Assembly: GCA_000965745.1 (NCBI GenBank)
Contig: CP009479.1
Location: forward strand, 1,440,001-1,504,000
Length of the DNA stretch: 64,000 nucleotides
Source: an uncultured archaeon
Lineage (GTDB): Archaea; Thermoplasmatota; Thermoplasmata; Thermoplasmatales; Thermoplasmataceae
Direction of reading: 5' to 3'
Positions 10,690 through 19,281 of this stretch are shown piece after piece. Under the pieces are notes generated by a model. The model was not told where the DNA came from, searched no databases, and was given only the letters and a program-made list of their open reading frames with translations. The position numbers were made by a program, and so were the translations under genes. Position 1 is the first letter of the stretch, and every line of letters starts with the position of its first letter.

Positions 10690-12066
10690 CTAGAGCTTCT
10701 TTACCCCCTGTATGAGTTTAGTGATGGAATCGGTGGCATCGCCATAGAGCATTTTTGTCTTGTCATTCCGGAAAAGCTCGTTTATAACTCCTGCAAAACC
10801 CTTTCCTGTTCCTCTCTTCAGAACTATTATGTTCCGGGCCTTGTCAACATCGAGGATTGGCATTCCGTAGAGAGGGCTTCCCGGTTTCTTTGCAGCAGGA
10901 TTCACCACGTCATTTGCACCGACTACAAGCGCCACATCGGAGCTTGGGAAATCCCTGTTCGCATCCTCCAGATCAAGCATCAGTTCATAAGGCACTCCCG
11001 CCTCAGCCAGAAGCACATTCATGTGGCCGGGCATTCTTCCGGCCACAGGATGAATTGCAAAACCGACCTTTATTCCTCTGGAAAGAAGGATGTCAAGGAG
11101 TTCCTTTATCTTGAACTGCGCCTGGGCAGCTGCCATCCCGTAACCAGGAACTATCATGACCCTCTCTGAATAGGCGAGCATTATTGCCGCATCATTTGCC
11201 TCTATCGGCTTGAGGGTCCCTTTTACGGTATCCGGCCCTTCCACTTCCTTTCCGAATGAGCCGAAAAGAACACTTGCGAGAGACCTGTTCATCGCCCTTG
11301 CCATGGCCACGGTCAGCAATGTTCCAGCTGCACCGACAAAAATCCCCGCGACCATCATGGCATAATTTCCAAGGGAAAATCCGTCGAAAGCAACAGCTAT
11401 GCCGGTCATGGCATTAAAAAGGGCGATCACCACCGGCATGTCACCACCCCCTATGGGAAAGGCCATGAGGAAGCCATATGATATTGATAGAACAAAGAAT
11501 GGGACAACCAGGCTGATCCCAAAGAGCGATATGGAACCATTAAGGAGGTATGCAACTCCAAAAAGAAGCGATACTGCCAGTATTGCAACATTGAAACCCT
11601 GCTGCCCCACAAATGTAATGGGCCTCTGCCTCATCCATCCCTGCAGTTTCAGGAATGCAATAATGCTCCCGGATATCGACACACTGCCTATTGCTGCCCC
11701 TGCAAGGGCCAATGCGAGGTCAAAGAAGGACCCTGAAAGTCGAAGGAGCTCAATTGAAGCCACTCCGGCTGCGGCCCCCGCACCCATTCCGTTGTATATG
11801 GCAACCATCTGCGGCATGTCTGCAATTGTAACTCTGACAGCGGCGAACCACCCTATTGCACCGCCTACCGCAATCGCAATCAGTATAAGGGGTAAGTTGG
11901 AGAGCCCGGGAATGGTGAATGTTATTATCACTGCAGCAGCCATGGCAAAGCCGGACCACATTATTCCGGATTTGGCGGTTTTAGGATGCCCCATCCTGTG
12001 GAGCCCAAGTATGAAAACTCCTATGGCAACTATGTAGATCGGGTTGTACAGGTCCACCATTTTCAA
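10690..12066 (-). CDS. pntB: NAD(P) transhydrogenase beta subunit
   Basis: MPQMVAIYNG, IGGGDMPVV, VPGYGMA, HPVAGRMPGHMNVLLAEA, GANDVVNP. Confidence 0.97.
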   Translation of the reverse strand: MKMVDLYNPIYIVAIGVFILGLHRMGHPKTAKSGIMWSGFAMAAAVIITFTIPGLSNLPLILIAIAVGGAIGWFAAVRVTIADMPQMVAIYNGMGAGAAAGVASIELLRLSGSFFDLALALAGAAIGSVSISGSIIAFLKLQGWMRQRPITFVGQQGFNVAILAVSLLFGVAYLLNGSISLFGISLVVPFFVLSISYGFLMAFPIGGGDMPVVIALFNAMTGIAVAFDGFSLGNYAMMVAGIFVGAAGTLLTVAMARAMNRSLASVLFGSFGKEVEGPDTVKGTLKPIEANDAAIMLAYSERVMIVPGYGMAAAQAQFKIKELLDILLSRGIKVGFAIHPVAGRMPGHMNVLLAEAGVPYELMLDLEDANRDFPSSDVALVVGANDVVNPAAKKPGSPLYGMPILDVDKARNIIVLKRGTGKGFAGVINELFRNDKTKMLYGDATDSITKLIQGVKKL

Positions 12067-12353
12067 TCACCCTTCTTTCTGACGAACATGCTGAGCATTC
12101 TGTCTGTCACGACATAGCCTCCTGTAACGTTCAGTGTCCCCATCACCACTGCAACGAAGCCTATGGCCCTCTCAAGGTCATTCTGCGCCATGCCTAGTGC
12201 GATGATAGACCCTACAAGCACTATTCCATGGATGAAATTGGAACCTGACATTAGTGGGGTGTGAAGAGTTACGGGAACCCTGCTGATCACTTCATACCCG
12301 ATAAATGCAGCAAGCATTACAATGTACAGGATTATCCAGAAATCCACGCTCAT
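12063..12353 (-). CDS. pntA: NAD(P) transhydrogenase alpha-2 (membrane) subunit
   Basis: VPVTLHTPLMSGSNFIHG, NVTGGYVVTDRML. Confidence 0.95.
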   Translation of the reverse strand: MSVDFWIILYIVMLAAFIGYEVISRVPVTLHTPLMSGSNFIHGIVLVGSIIALGMAQNDLERAIGFVAVVMGTLNVTGGYVVTDRMLSMFVRKKGD

Positions 12354-13489
12354 TTTGCATCACCGCCCTCTGCTCCTTTCGCTTTGTAAAAGGTCCGGCC
12401 ATCATGTGTAACCATGCAGGCTTTCAGTATCTCGTCTGAACCAGCCTCTCTGATATTTCCCTGCTCATCGACCAATAAATCCAGGAAGGAGAGAATGTTC
12501 CTCGCGTACATTTCACTCGAGCTGAATGGCACTTCGGATGGCAGATTTGAAGGCCCAACAATCCTCACGCCGCTTTCAACAATTGTTTTTCCGATCTGGG
12601 TGAGCTCGCAGTTCCCGCCTGATTCTGCTGAGAGGTCCACCAAAACTGATCCAGTCTTCATGCTCTTGATCATTCCGGCCGAAACAATCTTGGGGGCAGT
12701 TTTACCAGGCACGCTGGCTGCAGTTATTACGATATCCGCTTCTGCCACTGCATCACTTAACAGCTTCTGCTGCTCGGCCTGCTCATCTGCTGTCAGGTCT
12801 CTGGCATATCCTCCCTCGCCTACTGCGTCAAACGTGGTTTCAAGGAATTTAGCTCCAAGGCTTCTCACATCTTCGCCCGCCGATTTCCTGACATCGAATG
12901 CTGAAACACTCGCCCCAAGCCTCTTTGAGGTGGCTATTGCCATAAGGCCGGCCACTCCTGCACCTATGATAAAAACCTTTGAAGGGCGGACTGTGCCGGC
13001 AGCAGTTGTAAGCATAGGCATTAACCGCGGTGAATTCACTGCAGCTAGTATTGCTGCCCTGTATCCTGCCACTGAAGATTGTGACGAAAGCACGTCCATG
13101 GTCTGGGCCCTTGTTATTCTGGGCATCAGCTCCAGAGAGAATGATGTAATTTTGTATTCTGCAAGCTTCTTGACAATATCGGGAAATCTCCCGGGAAAGA
13201 TTGTCCCTATCACAATTGAGCCCGGTTTCATATGTTCCACATCCACTGGTTCCGGCCTCTGAAGTGTGAGGATTATGTCTGAAGCACCCAATAGCTCATT
13301 CCTGTCTTCCCTTATTTCGGCACCGCTTCCGACATACTGTTCGTCATCAAAGAAAGCAAGCTTTCCAGCCTCTTTCTCAACAATAACCTTCAATCCCTTC
13401 TCTATAGCTTTCCTGACAACATACGGGACCATAGAGACCCTCTGCTCTGTCTCTGAGACTTCCCTCACAACGCCTACTGTCAATACCAT
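12350..13489 (-). CDS. pntA: NAD(P) transhydrogenase alpha-1 (NAD-binding) subunit
   Basis: PRITRAQTMDVLSS, AGYRA, IGAGVAGL, GGYA, GGNCE. Confidence 0.96.
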   Translation of the reverse strand: MVLTVGVVREVSETEQRVSMVPYVVRKAIEKGLKVIVEKEAGKLAFFDDEQYVGSGAEIREDRNELLGASDIILTLQRPEPVDVEHMKPGSIVIGTIFPGRFPDIVKKLAEYKITSFSLELMPRITRAQTMDVLSSQSSVAGYRAAILAAVNSPRLMPMLTTAAGTVRPSKVFIIGAGVAGLMAIATSKRLGASVSAFDVRKSAGEDVRSLGAKFLETTFDAVGEGGYARDLTADEQAEQQKLLSDAVAEADIVITAASVPGKTAPKIVSAGMIKSMKTGSVLVDLSAESGGNCELTQIGKTIVESGVRIVGPSNLPSEVPFSSSEMYARNILSFLDLLVDEQGNIREAGSDEILKACMVTHDGRTFYKAKGAEGGDAK

Positions 13490-13529
13490 AATCGAACTCC
13501 GGGCAATATTAATGTACTCAGCATTTTAA

Positions 13530-13614
13530 AAAGTATTGACCGTATTACTAATACTTTCAAGATTGGTTTTCCAAAATATTGATATGCCGGGAATTTGAAA
13601 CCTCATTATATAAT
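13530..13614. promoter_or_regulatory. Divergent promoter region with inverted repeats: AAAGTATT-N12-AATACTTT (13530-13557), nested GTATTA-C-TAATAC, and palindrome ATTATATAAT (13605-13614)
   Basis: Read directly in the pntA/dsrE intergenic region. Confidence 0.5.
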
Positions 13615-13661
13615 AGGCTTCCAGTTTATTTTCGAGGGGTCAATAATCGATAGGCGATAAT

Positions 13662-14072
13662 ATGCCCGACAAAATGTCTCTTGTATTGTTTTCCGGAACT
13701 GACGACAAACTGATGGCTGCTTCGATAATTGCATCTGGAGGGGTAGCTAACGACATGGATGTGGATATTTTCATCACATTCTGGGGTCTGACAAAGATAG
13801 AAAAAGACGGCCAGAAAAATCCCGACGTGAGTTTTGAAGGACAGCCGATGAAAGACCAGGTTTTTGCGTTGATGAAAAAGAATAACGTCCCAGACTGGGT
13901 GACTATGCTCAAGAACGCGAAGGAGGTTGGAAACATAAAGGTCTACGGATGCGCTATGTTCGCAGATCTGCTTCAACTGAAAAAGGAGGATCTTGACCCG
14001 ATCGTTGACGACATTATTGGAGTTAATGAATTTGTATCGATGTCAAAGGATTCCATGACTATGTTTATATGA
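13662..14072 (+). CDS. DsrE/DsrF/DrsH-like (DsrE2-type) sulfur carrier
   Basis: [15 protein letters not shown] with the conserved Cys; next to tusA and sqr. Confidence 0.88.
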   Translation: MPDKMSLVLFSGTDDKLMAASIIASGGVANDMDVDIFITFWGLTKIEKDGQKNPDVSFEGQPMKDQVFALMKKNNVPDWVTMLKNAKEVGNIKVYGCAMFADLLQLKKEDLDPIVDDIIGVNEFVSMSKDSMTMFI

Positions 14073-14073
14073 G

Positions 14074-14325
14074 GTGAAAAAGATGGAAAGTGAAGTTAAG
14101 CCTTCGAAGGTTGTAGACGCCAGAAACACATTCTGCCCAGGCCCGCTGATGGAACTCATAAAAGCCTACAAGGCGGCAAAGACTGACGATATCATATCGT
14201 TATACTCAACAGACAGCGGAACCAAGAGAGACGCGCCCGCGTGGATTAAGAAATCAGGAAATGAACTCGTTGGCGTTTATGACAGGGAAGGATATTTCGA
14301 AATAGTCATGAAGAAAACCAAGTGA
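14074..14325 (+). CDS. tusA: Sulfurtransferase TusA family protein
   Basis: [11 protein letters not shown] (CPxP) and STDSG..D.PAW motifs. Confidence 0.92.
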   Translation: MKKMESEVKPSKVVDARNTFCPGPLMELIKAYKAAKTDDIISLYSTDSGTKRDAPAWIKKSGNELVGVYDREGYFEIVMKKTK

Positions 14326-15470
14326 GTATGACTATGCCGACTAAAATACTTGTACTAGGGGATGGTGCGGCGGGCACCATCATTTCCAATAAACTACGGT
14401 ATCTCATCAGGAAAGAGAACGCTGAGATAACTGTTATAGGCAACTCAAAATACCATTATTTCAAACCTGACGGAATTCACATACCACTGGGGATGAAGGA
14501 CTACCAGACAAGTGTGAAGAAACCCGATTATCTCTTCAACTACGGAATCGATTACATCAAAGATACTGTGACGAAGATTGATGTTGAAAACAGGAAGGTG
14601 GATGTAAGTTCAGGCAGGGAATACACATATGATTACCTTATAATCGCAACAGGGGACAGATTAGTGACTGACGAGTTCCAGAACTTCGACTCTGAAGCGC
14701 ACCACTTCTACTCACTTGAAGCTTCTCTGGAATTGGGGAAGGAACTTTCAAAATTCAACGGTGGAAAAATAGTGGTGGGGCCTTCGAGCATACCATATCA
14801 GTGCCCACCTGCCCCATATGAATTTACATTCCAGCTAGACAGGTATCTCAGAAGGCGCGGAATCAGAGACAAGACAGAACTGCACTACACCTTCCCGCTG
14901 AACAGGGTATTCACCATGGAAAATGTCTCTGAAAGAGTCCAGGACCTGTTTGACGAGAAGGACATCGAGTACCACACCATGTTCAATCTGGAGTCGATCG
15001 ATGCCGACTCCAAGAAACTGGTATCCCTTGAGGGTGATGAGCTGGATTATGACCTCCTTATCCTGGTGCCCCCCCATAAGGGACAGCAGGTAATCACCGA
15101 CTCCGGTCTTGCTGATGAGCAGGGGTATATAGACGTCGACAGGCACAAACTCTCATACGGGAACTACGACAATGTATTCGTCATAGGTGATGCCACAAAC
15201 CTCCCGATTTCAAAAGCTGGTGCTACAGCGCATTTCGAGTCAGAATACCTTGCAGGGAAAATTGCATCTGAGGTTTCCGGGTTTGTGTCAGAAGAGTTTT
15301 ATGATGGTTCTGTGGCATGCACAACAGTCACTGGAGATGAGAGGGCCTTCACCCTGTACTTCTCATACGAAAGGCCTCCGAGAGCCATGTACCAGAGCAA
15401 GCTGGACTTCCTGCTTAAATGGACTTCAGCAGACACTTATTTCAGCGCAATGCTAAGAGGGGTGATGTGA
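14322..15470 (+). CDS. sqr: Sulfide:quinone oxidoreductase-like flavoprotein (short type III-like)
   Basis: GDGAAG FAD loop, [25 protein letters not shown], second Cys in YDGSVAC. Confidence 0.85.
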   Translation: MSMTMPTKILVLGDGAAGTIISNKLRYLIRKENAEITVIGNSKYHYFKPDGIHIPLGMKDYQTSVKKPDYLFNYGIDYIKDTVTKIDVENRKVDVSSGREYTYDYLIIATGDRLVTDEFQNFDSEAHHFYSLEASLELGKELSKFNGGKIVVGPSSIPYQCPPAPYEFTFQLDRYLRRRGIRDKTELHYTFPLNRVFTMENVSERVQDLFDEKDIEYHTMFNLESIDADSKKLVSLEGDELDYDLLILVPPHKGQQVITDSGLADEQGYIDVDRHKLSYGNYDNVFVIGDATNLPISKAGATAHFESEYLAGKIASEVSGFVSEEFYDGSVACTTVTGDERAFTLYFSYERPPRAMYQSKLDFLLKWTSADTYFSAMLRGVM

Positions 15471-15941
15471 ATGGAAAGACCTGAAATGTTAAATGACGAG
15501 ATGGAGGAACTTCTCGTCAAGGTATTGGAAAATGCAGACGTCATAAATTCGATGGTGGGCGTTGTTGAGAAGCTTAAGGCGGCAGGTATCATAGACCTGA
15601 TGACGAGCATTGTCAACGACTATCTCCCCACGGATGTAGATTTCCTTGGGAAATTCTTTTCTTCAAAAGAATTCACAATGTCTCTCATGAAGACCTTCAA
15701 CGTTCTGATATCGGTAATGGGGGCAATGGGATCGGAGAAGAATTCTGACATCGTAAAGGGGCTCATGTTCAATTCGGAGAATGTAACTGACGGCATGATG
15801 GACGCTGTCCACAACCCAAAGAAATACTCTCCGTTCAAAATTGGAAAGCTCCTCTCTGACGAGGATATCATGGTAACCATGTCCGCTCTGGTTGCACTGA
15901 TGAAAAGTATGGGGCAGATATTAAGGAAAATCACCCCATAG
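15471..15941 (+). CDS. DUF1641-like helical protein (common SQR partner)
   Basis: All-helical, C-terminal KLLSDEDI..MSALVALMKSMG pattern; starts immediately after sqr. Confidence 0.7.
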   Translation: MERPEMLNDEMEELLVKVLENADVINSMVGVVEKLKAAGIIDLMTSIVNDYLPTDVDFLGKFFSSKEFTMSLMKTFNVLISVMGAMGSEKNSDIVKGLMFNSENVTDGMMDAVHNPKKYSPFKIGKLLSDEDIMVTMSALVALMKSMGQILRKITP

Positions 15942-16008
15942 CCTGTTTTATAATCTCCTGCTACTCCAAGCCGAACTAGTAAAAAAAGGCGTCTCCAATC
16001 AGATGGAA

Positions 16009-16081
16009 TGCGGGTGCCGGGATTTGGACCCGAGGCACGAGCTTGGCAAGCTCGCGTGTTACCAGGCTACACCACACCCGC
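16009..16081 (-). tRNA. tRNA-Gly(GCC), intronless, CCA not encoded, atypical T-loop TCCAAAT
   Basis: GCGGGTG/CACCCGC acceptor stem, CGAGC-TTGCCAA-GCTCG anticodon arm, TCGGG/CCCGG T-stem. Confidence 0.95.
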
Positions 16082-16390
16082 CTGCAGCCCTAATTGATTC
16101 TGAAGTATTTATTTTTTAGTTTCTGTGGTATCTCCTTGCACCGAAAAACAAACAGCCAAAAAATTTAAGTATTGGAAAAAGCGAAAAAGAAAAATGATAT
16201 AAACCATAGACGAATTGCTTTACTGTTAATGCCCTTAAATAGCAGTTTTCCAATGATTTCATTGCTTAATATTTAAGTATTCTACTTGTAGGATTGCTAA
16301 CTAATAAGCAAAATAGGGAATTAGCTACAACACCGACAAAACTGTTTTAATATATCTGTTTCTACTCGATTACAATAGGTGATACCAGAA

Positions 16391-18226
16391 ATGATTGTGT
16401 CTGAGGAAAGAGACAGGTATCCGGAGATCAGATTCGCCAACGACTTCGAGCTGAGCAAGAATGCTCCGTTCAAGGCGGTTGACGAGTTCGTCAACGAGAT
16501 GGGGCATCTGATAAATCCCGAAATGATGATTCTTAGAGTAACTCTGAGTCTTTGTCCGATCTGTGTTGACGACGAGAAGTTTGATCAGATGAGGATACCC
16601 GCGATAGTGTACGAAAATGCTGGTGAAGTGAAACTCGTTAAGGAATGCGAGGAGCACGGAGTGACTGAAGAAAAATACTGGGAAGACTATGAAATGTACC
16701 AGGAGGCCAAGAAATGGCTCGACCCTGGTGTAAAGATTCTCAACCCACATGTTGCATACCTTGAATCAAAGATCAAGTGCCCAACACACTGTGGACTTTG
16801 TGTTAAGCACAAATCACACACAGGACTTGGAAACGTTGTTGTAACGAACAGATGTGACCTTTCCTGCTGGTACTGTTTCTTCTACGCGAAGGAAGATGAG
16901 CCAATATATGAGCCATCACAGGACCAGGTCAGGATGATGCTCAGAAGAATGAGAAACGAGAAGCCAGTCGGGGCAAACGCCGTCCAGATTACTGGTGGAG
17001 AGCCAGCAATAAGGGACGACATCATTGACATAATCAAGATAGCAAGAGAAGAGGGCTATGAGCATATACAGCTCAACACAAACAGTGTAAGAGCAGCCTT
17101 TGACCCGGACTTCCCCAAGAAGATCAGAGGTGCAGGCTCAAATGTCATATACACAAGCTTTGACGGCCCAACACCGAGATCCAACCCAAAGAACTTTTGG
17201 GAAATCCCCGCAGCTCTTGAAAATTACAAGAATGCACCTCTTGGTGTTGTCCTCGTTCCGACAGTCATTGGCGGAATAAACGACATGTATCTGGGAGACA
17301 TGATCAAGTTCGGTCTGTCCAACATAGATGTCGTAAGGGCAGTAAACTTCCAGCCGGTAAGCCTGGTAGGAAGAATGCCGGAGAGGATGAGAGCCAAGCA
17401 GAGAGTCACGATACCCGGAGCTATCAAGAAGATAGAACAGCAGACAGATGGTATGATAGGAAGGGAAGACTTCTTTACAGTGCCTTCAACTGCAAAGGTT
17501 TCAAACTTCGTAGAACAGCTCAAGGGTAAAGAAATGTACAAGCTCTCCATACACTTTGCCTGTGGAATGGGAACATACATCTTCAAGGACGATGACAGAA
17601 TCATACCGATTACGAGGTTCATCGATGTCAGAGGAATGTTCGAGTACATCGGGGAACTCGCAGACGAGATGAAGAACGCTTCGTTCAAGAAGATAAGGAA
17701 GGTTACCTCCACATCCAAGCTGCTTATGAGCCTGAGGAAGTTTGTCGACTACGAGAAAGCACCAAAGGACTTCAAGCTCAAGGACATGGTATACAATGCA
17801 TTCACAGACGGAGATTACCACGGCCTGAAGGCATTCCACTACAAGTCAATGTTCATTGGGTTCATGCACTTCATGGATCCATACACGTATGATGTTGACA
17901 GAGTGGAGAGGTGTGATATACACTACGCGATGCCTGATGGAAGAGTTGTTCCGTTCTGTGCTTTCAATGTCATACCAGAAATGTACAGAGACGCAACACA
18001 GAGGAAATACTCAGTACCAGCAAGGACATATGAGGAGAGGACCGGAAAGATCCTCAAGAAAGACAAATATTTCAGAGACTACAGCATGGAAGACAAGAAG
18101 AGAATCATTGACTTCTACAACAAGAGCATAGGCAGGGAACTCTCCGAAAGTGAGATAGGCCTTAATCTTAACAAGGCTATACCTGTGATACAGTCTCAAA
18201 GACCGGATGAGCAGCTCGAAGAGTAG
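16391..18226 (+). CDS. tes: Tetraether lipid synthase (Tes / GDGT-MAS, MJ0619 family radical SAM); start placed at ATG 16391 after a GGTGA RBS
   Basis: CPIC..CEEHG, CPTHCGLC..HKSHT, TNRCDLSCWYC, NFQPVS, RCDIHY..PDG..PFCAFN. Confidence 0.93.
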   Translation: MIVSEERDRYPEIRFANDFELSKNAPFKAVDEFVNEMGHLINPEMMILRVTLSLCPICVDDEKFDQMRIPAIVYENAGEVKLVKECEEHGVTEEKYWEDYEMYQEAKKWLDPGVKILNPHVAYLESKIKCPTHCGLCVKHKSHTGLGNVVVTNRCDLSCWYCFFYAKEDEPIYEPSQDQVRMMLRRMRNEKPVGANAVQITGGEPAIRDDIIDIIKIAREEGYEHIQLNTNSVRAAFDPDFPKKIRGAGSNVIYTSFDGPTPRSNPKNFWEIPAALENYKNAPLGVVLVPTVIGGINDMYLGDMIKFGLSNIDVVRAVNFQPVSLVGRMPERMRAKQRVTIPGAIKKIEQQTDGMIGREDFFTVPSTAKVSNFVEQLKGKEMYKLSIHFACGMGTYIFKDDDRIIPITRFIDVRGMFEYIGELADEMKNASFKKIRKVTSTSKLLMSLRKFVDYEKAPKDFKLKDMVYNAFTDGDYHGLKAFHYKSMFIGFMHFMDPYTYDVDRVERCDIHYAMPDGRVVPFCAFNVIPEMYRDATQRKYSVPARTYEERTGKILKKDKYFRDYSMEDKKRIIDFYNKSIGRELSESEIGLNLNKAIPVIQSQRPDEQLEE

Positions 18227-18237
18227 CCATCCAAACA

Positions 18238-18256
18238 ATTTTTATTTTTATTTATC
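18238..18256 (+). terminator. T-rich putative archaeal terminator after tes
   Basis: ATTTTTATTTTTATTTAT directly after the stop. Confidence 0.35.
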
Positions 18257-18267
18257 ATATTGACTTA

Positions 18268-18675
18268 TTGAAGTACGAGATTTTTGAACATACCGCCGAT
18301 ATTGGCATCAGGATTTTTGGGAGTAGTTACGAAGAGATTTTCAACAACTCTGTTGAATCATTTTCCGATCTTATTGTTGATACCGGATCACTTGAAGGCA
18401 GTAATGTGCAAGAAATCTCTATACGGTCAGATTCCCCTGACCTTCTGCTGGTGGACCTTCTTTCACTGATACTCTACGATTTTGAAGGCGAGGGCATATT
18501 GTATTTCAAGGCAGACCTGGAATACAGCGATGAGAATGTTTCGTTAACTGGAAGAATGTACGGGTCAGAAATACCTGAAAATGTAGATTACAGGAATGTG
18601 ATAAAGGCGGTGACTTACCACAGCTTGGAAGTGTCGCCAGAGAAAGGGTATGCAAAGGTTGTTTTTGACATTTGA
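18268..18675 (+). CDS. Archease
   Basis: EHTADIGI, IKAVTYH and terminal VFDI. Confidence 0.93.
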   Translation: MKYEIFEHTADIGIRIFGSSYEEIFNNSVESFSDLIVDTGSLEGSNVQEISIRSDSPDLLLVDLLSLILYDFEGEGILYFKADLEYSDENVSLTGRMYGSEIPENVDYRNVIKAVTYHSLEVSPEKGYAKVVFDI

Positions 18676-18726
18676 AATGGGGCCTGGACACAAAATGTAT
18701 TAAATAAACTGAGTAATTAGCTGCCT

Positions 18727-19272
18727 ATGTCTCCATTAGTACCTAGGAAAGTATTCTTCACGAGAGGCGTGGGAAGAGGCGATAGTCTGTTGCAGTCATT
18801 CGAAGAAGCACTGAGAGATGGGGGCATTGCAGAATTCAACCTTTCAAGCATAAGCTCTATATTCCCGCCATTTGCAGAAATTGTGGACAGGGACGAAGGC
18901 CTTGAGCTTCTGTCCCCTGGCCAGATACTTTTCACGGTACTTGCGCGTAATTCTTCAAATGAACTCAACAGGATGGTATCATCCGCCATAGGATATGCTA
19001 TACCCACGGACAGGAGCAAGTGGGGTTATCTAAGCGAGCACCACAGTTTTGGTGAAACTGAAAAAGTCTCCGGCTTCTTTGCCGAAAAACTTGCTGCTGA
19101 AATGCTTGCTAGTACAATGGGTGAAGCGGATAACCTGACCTGGGACAAGGATAAGGAAGAATATGTTCTGGTGGACAAGATACTTGCAACAAAGAACATA
19201 TGTTCCACTGCAGTTGTTCTCAAGGCAGGTGAATGGACTACCACAATAGCCGCGGCTGTTCTTATTGTTTAG
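18727..19272 (+). CDS. pdaD: Pyruvoyl-dependent arginine decarboxylase
   Basis: [22 protein letters not shown] (Ser-Ser autocleavage site), GYLSEHH. Confidence 0.9.
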   Translation: MSPLVPRKVFFTRGVGRGDSLLQSFEEALRDGGIAEFNLSSISSIFPPFAEIVDRDEGLELLSPGQILFTVLARNSSNELNRMVSSAIGYAIPTDRSKWGYLSEHHSFGETEKVSGFFAEKLAAEMLASTMGEADNLTWDKDKEEYVLVDKILATKNICSTAVVLKAGEWTTTIAAAVLIV

Positions 19273-19281
19273 TGATACATC

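Noticed and set aside
11399-13262. Long + strand ORFs (212 aa and 282 aa)
   Set aside because: Antisense shadows of pntB and pntA with no motifs
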